NCBI RefSeq assembly: GCF_030686945.1
Contig: NW_027122668.1
Coordinates: 252,099 to 270,311 of the forward strand
DNA: 18,213 bases
Direction: 5' to 3'
Source: Centruroides vittatus
Taxonomy: Eukaryota
Every line of letters begins with the position of its first letter. Positions within the stretch are counted from its first letter, which is position 1. The position numbers and the translations under genes are program-made. The notes under the pieces are model-generated. The model ran no database searches, was not told where the DNA came from, and was given only the letters and a program-made list of their open reading frames with translations. Of this stretch, positions 9,726-18,213 are shown piece by piece.

Positions 9726-10770
9726 CAGTAGCGCATCGATTATCCAACCCCCGATTAACCGTCACATCGGTTAACCGACCACGTTCTAGTCGGCAAATTC
9801 AAATGTCTGCTAGTGATGTGGCGCTACAATATTTGGCTATGTCTTGGCTACTTTAATATTATTTTTGTTAAATTTTTGCACGTTTTAGCTGGAAACACTG
9901 GCTCGACCACAAAAGGGAGGCCAGTATTTAAACCAGGCTTAATTTTCTATTTTTATCTTTATTTTTGTTTCTATTTCTTCTTTGAAACCATGTTTTCTTG
10001 ATTGTTGGACTATGAACCCAAAGTTGAGTTTTAATTAAACACTTGGCTTTATTTCCATCTTTATTTAGTTGATACGTGCCATTTGCACGTTTCGGGCATA
10101 GAGCCCCTCATCAGTCAACTAAACAATACAACAATTAAAATACACTACACTTAGTTACACAATTAAAATACAATTACACTAAGTATTTTACCAAACAAAA
10201 TCAACACAAGGTATGGTTCTTACCATTATCATATTCGATCTGCCATGCATACAAGGTTTAAACTCAGTCGACACATGTATCTTATTTTTTCTATAAACGG
10301 AGTAATCCCTTTTACACACAATATTTATATCTGGTATAAAAACAATGTATAAGAATATAAGCTGTATATAATAAGTTATTTTTAAAAAATGTAAAAATTC
10401 TTTAAAAGCACTGACAGGAAGTAGATTAACCAATTACCTGTTGTACTGTACATAATCTTTTGCTTATTTTACAATATCCAGTTACCAATAATTCCTTTAT
10501 TTTTATATTTATTTTGTTCAAAATAAAGAAATAATTTTTAACGATACAATAGCGATGATTATTATTTTTAAAAAGAATTTTGTTAGGCTTAACATCGATG
10601 AAAATTCAACGCGAAGTAGGTTAATAGCGATATACTTATATACTAATTGTATGGGATATACTAATATACTATACTAATAATATATTTTTTCATATTTTTT
10701 GGTTATCCGTTTTTTCAGTTATCCGACCAACCCCAGTCCCCAGTTGAGTCGGATAATCGATGCTCTACTG
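9726..10770. mobile_element. Non-autonomous Tc1/mariner-like DNA transposon, family B, element 1 (1045 bp). Its TIR is CAGTAGCGCATCGATTATCC / GGATAATCGATGCTCTACTG, flanked by TA (9724-9725 and 10771-10772). It appears to be an internal-deletion derivative of element 2.
   Basis: The 20-bp TIRs (one mismatch) and both TA flanks were read directly. The 3' ~230 bp (10540-10770) align to 12820-13026 of element 2, sharing ttaggcttaaMatcgaYgaaaattcaacRcgaag, ggttatccg and cagttatccgaMcaaccccagtYcccaRttga. The 5' stretch caaaataaagaaataatttttaacgatacaat at 10513-10545 matches 11797-11828. Confidence 0.7.
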
Positions 10771-10829
10771 TATTTCGGAATTAAGCTTTTTTCCCTTCTT
10801 ACAACATCTATGTTTTTTTACTCCACCAA

Positions 10830-11540
10830 AGACAAAAAGTATAATGATAAATGGAAAAGATACACTGCATCAATTTGTGATGATATGGTGACAATGAGTA
10901 ATTCAGAAAGAGAAATGAATCATATGCTTAGTAAACTTCACAAGAACATACGTCAATGGGGTTTAAAGATAAACATTAAGAAAAAAGAGGTGACGGTAGT
11001 AGAAAAGAACACTGAAAGGACAAAAGCTAATGTCAGGATTGACAGAAAGATAAAATTTCTTACTTGTTCTGCTCCTATTGAGGGAATGAAGTCAGGGAAG
11101 ACAAGATATATAAAGGATAGGACTCATGAAACAAGCTTTCCAAAACAAAAGAAATCCACTAATGTCAAAATACCTGAGTATGGAAGCAAAGAATTTGTTT
11201 TTGTATTTACTAAGACATTCCTCTGTTGTATAGAAGTGAATGCTGGACACTAGGAAAGCAAGAGATGATGTGTCTGGAGGGAGCAGAAATGTGGATATGA
11301 AGGAGAGTAAACAAAATAAGCTGGACTGAACAGAAAACAAATGAAACAATTCTGACGGAAGTGACAGAACAAAGGAAGTTAATACAGGAAATAGGGAAAA
11401 GAAAAATTAAATTTATAGGTCATATTGTTAGGCACAATAATTTCCTGAAAACGATCCTTGAAGGAAGAGTTCTCAGAAAGAAAGGAAGAAGACCAAAGAA
11501 AAAGTATCTTGAAGAAGTCAATACTTCTGTGGAATTCTGA
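10830..11540 (+). pseudogene. Decayed non-LTR retrotransposon ORF2 fragment (reverse-transcriptase C-terminal part plus conserved tail). It is frameshifted and has internal stops.
   Basis: The ORF at 10699-11253 (its first ~45 codons lie in the family B 3' TIR and are not coding) contains the RT motif region ...SICDDMVTMSNSEREMNHMLSKLHKNIRQWGLKINIKKKEVTVV.... This is a degenerate form of the conserved YADD and GLKIN..KTKVM reverse-transcriptase motifs. Further downstream, in other frames, lies ...WTLGKQEMMCLEGAEMW...KISWTEQKTNETILTEVTEQRKLIQEIGKRKIKFIGHIVRHNNFLKTILEGRVLRKKGRRPKKKYLEEV. This matches a C-terminal tail, WTL...E..L.AFEMW..RR.L.ISW...TNE.VL......R.L...I..RK..F.GH..R........EG...GK..RGRP, that I recall from many invertebrate LINE ORF2 proteins. 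Confidence 0.6.
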
Positions 11541-11605
11541 AGTTATTATGAATTAAAAGGACAGAGAGCATTGGTTGCAGTGACAAGGCAAAACCTTTAG
11601 TAATA

Positions 11606-13026
11606 CAGTAGAGCGTCATTTATCCGAAAGCCGGTCAACCGAAAGCTTTCCAGTCGGACTGTGTCGTGCTGAATCAAACGTTTTTGATACTAGATTAACT
11701 TCTAAAGTATAATTTTTTTTGTTTTTATATTTTTCAATATATTTTATTTTGTTTGTACAAAATAAATATATTGAAAAATAACAAAATATACAAAATAAAG
11801 AAATAATTTTTTAACGATACAATTTGCGTTTTTCATGAACTATAGAGGGCGCTGCATTTTTTACAAAATGGCTGCTTCATCTGGGTCGTTTGTAACTAGT
11901 AATGTAAAATTAATCATATATTACTGTCCGATATAATGATATATGCTGCTTGTAGCTGTTTATCGAGAAATTTTATAGTAGGAGAACAATTATTGCTAGC
12001 GGGACACTGTCATTATGTGGTATCGAAACAAGTGAGAGAGATCATTCTATATATATTTGTGCCCTTTGTGTTAAAAACATCAGCTTTGACATTGTCATAT
12101 CAGGGCTGGATTTACAAGTAAAAAGCTACGTAAATTGTTGCTTAGGGCTTCGACTTTCAAGGGGCCTCAAACATTTGTACAAAAAAAAATTAAAGTCGAA
12201 TTTTGTAATAAACATTTTTTACAAACCAACAATATATACTTTACTTTTTATTTTGTGTAGTATTTCATTAATTTTTTCTAAGAATTAACATAAAGATTTT
12301 TAATGGAATGAGTATAAAAATTTAATTAAATTCAGTTATAAAACAGAAGACTAGTGAAACCTCACATCTTTTTCTTCCAATAACGATATTGAATCAGAAA
12401 GATAGTCTGATTTAATTCTTTTATTTTTATGATTGACTTCTAAAATTGTGAAGGGTTGGTAAGGGGACTTACAGAGTTCAGCTTAGGGCTTCGAAATGCT
12501 TAAATCTCCTATCTTTGTTTAAAGTTGGACAATCAGGAAACCGGCAATTCTTAACAGTTTAATCCACTCTTTCAGAATTCGGAGAAGCTCATAAATATAA
12601 CTGACCGATTTCCGAAGAATCATCTGTTTTTCGTGTGGGAATAGACGAAAACTTATATTAGGCTCCCGTAAGTCTTTGAAATTGTAATTTGGAACGCAAC
12701 AGAAAGCTTTGCTTTTTCTATTGCTATTCATCTTTACTGCTGATAATAGACAAGGATTAAGCAAACGACCCAGATAGAATAGTTTTGTTTTTAAACACCA
12801 GAGGGCGAGCATTCGGTGAAAAATGCGAATAGCCTCAATTATTATTATAAAAATTTTCGTTAGGCTTAAAATCGACGAAAATTCAACACGAAGCGACACA
12901 CAACGGAGAAAATTTTCAACATTGGATAGGTTAATATATTTTTTCGTACATAATTGGTTATCCGAAAAAATCAGTTATCCGAACAACCCCAGTTCCCAAT
13001 TGATTCGGATAAATGACGCTCTACTG
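11606..13026. mobile_element. Non-autonomous Tc1/mariner-like DNA transposon, family B, element 2 (1421 bp). It has perfect 23-bp TIRs CAGTAGAGCGTCATTTATCCGAA, flanked by TA (11604-11605 and 13027-13028). TTATCCGA subterminal motifs occur, twice direct plus once inverted at the 3' end and once in the 5' TIR.
   Basis: The TIR was read on both ends, and the reverse complement of the right end equals the left end exactly. A TA flank plus a CAGT terminus is the established Tc1/mariner signature. The element has no transposase ORF. The 126-aa ORF at 12519-12899 (minus strand) is low-complexity and overlaps the conserved 3' repeat region. Confidence 0.75.
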
Positions 13027-13268
13027 TAGATAGAATCTCTCACCAAAAATGAAAATTATTACAGGAAATATGGTATTACTGGGAGACTCAGACTTTATGG
13101 CACTTTCCTTCATTTTAAACATTTTATGTAAAAAATATGATTACAAAATATGCATGAAAATTGTTAAATTGTTTGACAATCTTTCTTGCATAACCATTTG
13201 TAATGTTAGAAAGATGATCGACACACTAGCGTTGATAATCTTTCTATTATTACAATACAAATTATTAA

Positions 13269-13308
13269 CCTTTGAAGCATTATCAACACAATAGATAATG
13301 CTTCAAAG
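13269..13308. repeat. Perfect 15-bp-stem hairpin ctttgaagcattatc-aacacaata-gataatgcttcaaag. It is preceded by direct and inverted copies of gaYaatctttct at 13176-13249.
   Basis: Read directly. Confidence 0.7.
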
Positions 13309-13627
13309 TCTAATGATTAATTTAACAAGCTATAAAGTTTTTCTAGTTCTACATACTGTACTTAAAAATAACAAAATAGATGTGTTGGTTATTGATAAGA
13401 ATAATAAGCATAACTAGACACCTATAACCAGCAAAAGGTATACTTTAAAGGAAATGAATGTTTTCTTTAAAATGTATGTCATAAATGTGCACCAACTTTT
13501 TTGAATACACATTTGATTTTATTTTTGTTTCATTTAATCTGATGATGTCAGTTTAAAAGTATCAATTTTTACTGGTTATAGTTGTGTTAGTATACAGCAG
13601 TATACAAGTATTGATAAGAATTTGTGG

Positions 13628-13848
13628 TTAATGTTTACCTATGGTTCCAAGATAACAGCTCATCTGATTCCAGCAAGGAAACAGTGGGGACGCACGTTCT
13701 AACCTAACCTAACCTATTTTAATAATTTTGTTGGTAATAATTATGGTAATTTAATAGAATAGGTTAGGTTAGGTTAGAGCGTGCGTCCCCACTGTTTCCT
13801 TGCTGGAATCAGACGAGCTGCCATCTTGGAACCATAGGTAACATTAAC
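13628..13848. mobile_element. MITE family A, copy 3. It has the same 221-bp hairpin with TTAA at 13628-13631 and 13845-13848 and (CCTAA)3/(TTAGG)3 in the arms. Its outer arm ends are more divergent (gttccaagataacagc versus gtgccaagatggcg in copies 1 and 2).
   Basis: Read directly and aligned to copies 1 and 2. Confidence 0.8.
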
Positions 13849-14314
13849 CGAATTTATATTATTTTTGTGTGATAAATATTCAATTACAGTGGAGTCTGCC
13901 TGTTTTAGTCATTTACGACATTTGCTTACACTGATAACAATAAATAGTGTACAGTACATAAATGAGACTGATTACAATTAGTGGAATTTTTATTTTTATT
14001 GACAATAAAAGGACATCTTAAAACAATTATAAAATGTGTAACTTGAAGATTTATTAAATATAATTTTTATTAATTAATAATAATTCATCCAAAAAATATA
14101 TTTTCAATAACAAATGCCAGCAGTTTAAACTACTGCACTGTGAACAAATAATGATTTTAACAATAAAGCAGTAGCTAATGATTGCATGTTTCAACCACAT
14201 GTTGAGACTGATATAGATGGCATTTACTTCAAGAAAAAGAATTTTTTTCTAAGATTTCTATCATGTCTTCTTGAAGCTCATAATAAATTGACATGGATTG
14301 GTGATATTCATTCC

Positions 14315-15595
14315 TTATGGACAGTATGTTTTCAATTTTGTGTGCTTTGCCTTCCAGAATAATTCGGCTATATGTCTTTCTGAATAGTCAGTCATTTGAT
14401 TCAATGATTCCCAAGCATTTTCAGGTAGCTGAGCAAGATTAAGGCTATGAAAGGCACAATGTGCCAACTGAAATATAGTCTGCTTGAATGTAGGCTTGAG
14501 ATCCATGCATTTTCCCACTTACGTTCATTGTTCCATCATATCTTCGACCATATAGATAGGTGTATCAATACCATTCTCTGTATTCAATGCAAAAATTAGA
14601 TAGCAGTTGTAAAATTTTTCTCCGTGCAGTCTGCCAGATACACAGCTTACAAAACTTTTTTATTGTGAATTTGTTGCCTTCTCTTATATAATATATAATG
14701 CAGATATATGGAAGGTTGCTCCAAACCAAAAATGTCTGACGTTTCATTAGCTAACAGTGAGAAAGTTTAGATTTATTAATACTGTGTATCAACTTTTTCG
14801 ATTGTTTGTTTTTTGTGAAAACTAGAAATCATTTTGGATTCTGTTACTTGTGTGTAGAGCATTTTTTAATAACTCGAAATGTTTTTTATTGGGTCATCTT
14901 GTAGTTCAGTGCCAGAGAAGAGCCTAGAAGTTGCTATTATTTACAGCAAGCACTTCAACTGTTATTTGACTATCTTTTTAGTCCTTCATGGTTAAACTCA
15001 TTCTGCAGAAGTACTGTCTGTTCAAAATTCTAACTTTCTGTTATGGTCATCAGGACACAATGCCTGCAGTAACTGCAACTTGTACAGCTTTGTATTTGGA
15101 CATTTTTTAAGAACACACCATACTGTTGTTTGAGGAATTCCAAGTTCAATGCTTGTCCATGTTGTGGATCATAGGGCTTTTTTTTTGATACACCTCGGAT
15201 ATGCTTGACATTTTCATCTGGCATTCGAAGACAACCAGTGCTTTTCCATTTGCACATGCAGCCATCTTCTAAGAATTATTTTAAATTTACTTATGACAAG
15301 ATGGTTGTTTGTTGAACCAGTGGTGAAATTCATGTTGCACTTCAACACTTCACAAACTGCGGCACAAAAAATGACTTCACTTATGATACCATTTTCTTAT
15401 AAACAAGAAACAGTGCTGCTGATTGACACTGAAATTAACTTCTAGGTGGGCTTTTAAAACTTTGAACCTTCCTCTATCAATGATATGCAGAATGTGTTTC
15501 CATCTCTTAGTTTGAAATAAAAATTCAAAATATTCTCCATCTTTTTGAATAACCATGTATAAAATTACATAATAAAGCAAAATTAAATTATCCAA
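14315..15595 (-). pseudogene. Possible decayed coding remnant. Four short minus-strand ORFs (72, 75, 60 and 67 aa) lie with none on the plus strand and are joined only through frameshifts. The product is cysteine-rich (C-x6-C...C-x2-C-x2-C-x2-C). Identity is unknown; it could be a TE-derived transposase fragment.
   Basis: The evidence is strand bias of ORFs in the track, plus my own translation of 15258-15376 in a second frame (VIFCAAVCEVLKCNMNFTTGSTNNHLVISKFKIILRRWLH), which overlaps the start of the next ORF, so the two are linked by a frameshift. The motif ...FQTKRWKHILHIID... weakly resembles the piggyBac transposase 'TN/KRWpm..f..lld' region, but this is not convincing. GTG and TTG starts are used in the track, so the ORF boundaries are artificial. 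Confidence 0.3.
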
Positions 15596-16791
15596 TAATA
15601 ATGCATATTACATTAGTCAAAAATAGATGGAATTAGATGAAAAAAGTGTTTTTCAACATCCAACAAAAACATTTGTTTCAAGAAGGTCACCTTTGCTGTC
15701 TTATTGGTGATGTTATAGAAAGCACTTCAAACCACAGTGATAATTTATGGCTTAAGATAGCTTTCTGTATCATGTCTTTCCATGATCTTTTCTGCTAGTG
15801 GAGTGTTGACCACTATCATTTTGCATCTGCACATTTCGTCTTGTCTTTTTTATTGAATTTTTAGCAGTTGTTTTCCTCAAGTTGTCCAATAAAAAGTTTG
15901 TTTTGTGGTCGTATGGGATATATTAGATCTCAAGTTAGTTATTTTCTCTTGTGTCTGTCCACTGGCATATGTCTTGTCTGTCTCAAGAATGGGATTAGAT
16001 AGATGAAAGTCGAGACCAGACATGGAAAGCTTAGGGGTAGGAAGTGCCAATTAACTATATACAAACTTCTGATTTGCACTGAAAGTCACATTATTTCAAT
16101 TCAAAAATTTTCCAATGAATGAGTTTGGATAGATGACCAGAATGATTCTACTGTTAATGGGAAAAATATGATGTATGGGGCAAGACACGACTAAAATTGA
16201 GAGCATTGTGACAAAAATTTTAAACCCGTCACAATAAATAATTGCTTGTTTTAAAATTTTTTTTCGTAGACAATAAATTCATCATTTACTCTCATGTATT
16301 GCATTAAAATTTCAAGTAAATATTTAGTTTACCATATTTTTTAAAATGATTTAAGTGGCCATTTTTTGACGTCATCTAATGTAATAATACATTATTTATA
16401 AAATAGTTTTAAAGGTTTTATTTTACAAGAAAGCATGCAATAACTTCAAATACGGTATATTTAAAACTAAATCAAGCAGTGCTGGATTTCTTAAGATATA
16501 ATTGTTCAATTTTTCAAATAATTTACTTATAAATGTAACAACTGAGTTAGGTTTTGTGGGGTGCTTTCTCGTTTGGTCATTTGAAAACATCCACATTTGG
16601 GGGTCAAGATTGATGCCCTCTCTGTTCAAGAACTGACCTTATTTAGAACTATTAGTAACCTTTCAACTGTTCTTATAGATAAAGGGTTGGAATGAGATAT
16701 GATCAATCAAGTGCGTAAAATGGAATTGGAAAAATTACTTATATAATTTGAAACTAGTGACACTGTAATCTTATGTCAAATTATTCAAAGT

Positions 16792-17018
16792 AATAGCGAG
16801 GTTGAGGCCAAAGTTTTAAATGCGAAAATGTGTACGTCAGACGTTCGGCGCCGCTTTCCTGTAAGCCTAGAAGTTTGACAATCGCGTTTGGAATGTCGAG
16901 CATGATTCCACTGACTTTCCAAACGCCATTGCCAAACTTCTAGGCTTACAGGAAAGCAGCGCCGAACGTCCGACGTACACGTTTTCGCGTTTAAAACTTC
17001 GGCCTCAACCTCACTAAT
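16792..17018. repeat. ~225-bp palindrome or foldback that is GC-richer than its surroundings. The arms are ~100 bp (16792-16893 and 16916-17018) around a ~22-bp centre. Most arm mismatches are CpG-to-TpG/CpA transitions.
   Basis: The left arm gaggttgaggccaaagttttaaatgcgaaaatgtgtacgtcagacgttcggcgccgctttcctgtaagcctagaagtttgacaatcgcgtttggaa was compared with the reverse complement of the right arm. The differences are ccAaag/ccGaag, aTgcg/aCgcg, aaTgtg/aaCgtg, tcAgac/tcGgac, agCgagg/agTgagg and gcCgc/gcTgc. Confidence 0.75.
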
Positions 17019-17806
17019 TTGACCAACAGCATTATCTACCTCTGGATCCAAGTTGTGTTAATAATTTGTTTGAAAAATTGTGATATTATAGCCTAAGAAA
17101 TTTGGCATTGTCGGACTTGAAAATATTTTATTGTAACTTTAAGTTTAAGCTTGAAATTAATTTTCTAGGTTTGATGGAGCTGAGGATTTGATTTTCCATG
17201 TTTGTGTGATTCCAAATTCTACAACATAAAATCTTGAGAAATGGAAAATTCAACTGTGATGTTAAAACAGTGTAAAAATATTTATGTTAATTCAAACTTT
17301 TACATAGTAGATGTGAGTATCAAATAATATTTTTTTAAATCATAGATTAAACTATTAGTCCGGTGGTTCTCAATTATTGCAAATTCACTCCAATGTACTA
17401 CAACTTATTACTTTATTTAGAGACAATTCTATGATAACTATTTTATTAAAATTCATTAGTTTATAGCTTTATTGTGTCATGAGAATAATGAATGTCACAA
17501 TGAATTGCTTATTGTGAGAATAAGAAGGCACAGGGTCACTACCGTAATTGCCACTTACACGCCAAGTTGGTAAAACTTGCCCACTTCGTCTTTCGAATGG
17601 CTTTTTCAAGTGGTGAGGGAGGTGAGCAAGTCGACAGGCATCATTAGATAGACAGGAGACACGTTATACAAACAAAAAGGAGTTTATTATATACTTAATC
17701 TAATATACACGAGTGTACATAGAGAATTAATTGATTAAATGCGGTTAACATATAAACTTAGAGGGAACAGTGATCAACCTAATCGCTATGCCTCATGCCT
17801 AACCTT

Positions 17807-17821
17807 TAGAGAGAGAGAGAG
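17807..17821. repeat. (GA)7 microsatellite.
   Basis: agagagagagagag was read directly. Confidence 0.8.
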
Positions 17822-18213
17822 TTTACAAAGGTTTTGGCCCTAAATTATACCTCTATTTGCTGCTGGATGACTGCATGTAACGATCCTGGGGAACAGTCCG
17901 ATGTCTTCTACCGTTTCATTTCGGACAGGACCGGGACGGGAGACACATTTACCGGAATAACTTCCTGTGACAATCACCCTGAGTTTCCAGTGTTATGCTC
18001 TTTTATACAGTTGTTGTGGGAAAGGCGTCACGTGATCGTCCCTTGTTGATGATGACTTGCATTCTTTGACAACTAAGTGTCAACTTTCCCATCTAATTGT
18101 TATCACAAACGGTGACCTTCGATCTAATTCTCCCAAGGAGTGTTTTTTTTTTCGTCGGAGTTGTTTACATTTTTTTTGACAACTACGTTAAATTCGCGGA
18201 TTTCACACTTATC

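Noticed and set aside
10699-10830. The N-terminal ~45 codons of the 184-aa ORF.
   Set aside because: They overlap the 3' TIR and subterminal region of family B element 1, and the TA boundary of that element lies inside the ORF. Only the downstream RT-like part is real, decayed, coding sequence.
12519-12899. A 126-aa minus-strand ORF inside element 2.
   Set aside because: Its composition is low-complexity (runs of I/L/K). It overlaps the conserved non-coding 3' region shared with element 1, and I recognise no homology.
1-18213. A prokaryotic-style operon or novel defence system.
   Set aside because: The sequence is about 30% GC and dense in eukaryotic TEs (Tc1, hAT, LINE RT, TA/TTAA/8-bp TSD MITEs). 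The six-frame track has no ORF longer than 230 aa. Nearly every ORF overlaps a repeat, lies antisense to a recognisable TE ORF, or uses a GTG/TTG start. No run of co-oriented intact genes exists.

Overview
This is an AT-rich eukaryotic window, probably from an arthropod genome, and it looks like repeat-dense intergenic DNA, a graveyard of transposable elements, with no intact protein-coding gene, RNA gene, operon or CRISPR array. The arthropod guess rests on TTAGG-type motifs and on Tc1/mariner, hAT, piggyBac-style and non-LTR remnants occurring together. Almost all the ORFs in the supplied track are short and unsupported, or lie antisense to or inside repeats. Sequence-supported features: (1) three near-identical ~221-bp perfect-hairpin MITEs flanked by TTAA, each arm carrying (TTAGG)3, one of them nested inside a larger foldback; (2) a hAT-type MITE with CAGTG termini and a perfect 8-bp target-site duplication (TSD); (3) a 422-bp TA-flanked Tc1/Stowaway-like MITE with alternating GACTTACGTCG subterminal repeats; (4) two TA-flanked non-autonomous Tc1/mariner-like elements (1.05 and 1.42 kb) sharing 20-23-bp TIRs and TTATCCGA subterminal motifs, the shorter one an internal-deletion derivative; (5) a Tc1 transposase remnant; (6) two decayed non-LTR (LINE) ORF2 3' fragments, one with a (TAA)n tail lying between two (TTA)n microsatellites; (7) a ~225-bp GC-richer palindrome whose arm mismatches are mostly CpG transitions; (8) a tandem repeat block with an expanded 19-bp minisatellite; and (9) a same-strand cluster of four short ORFs (14315-15595, minus) that may be a decayed TE-derived coding remnant. 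I found no evidence for a coherent novel multi-gene system; the interest here lies in the architecture of the transposable elements.
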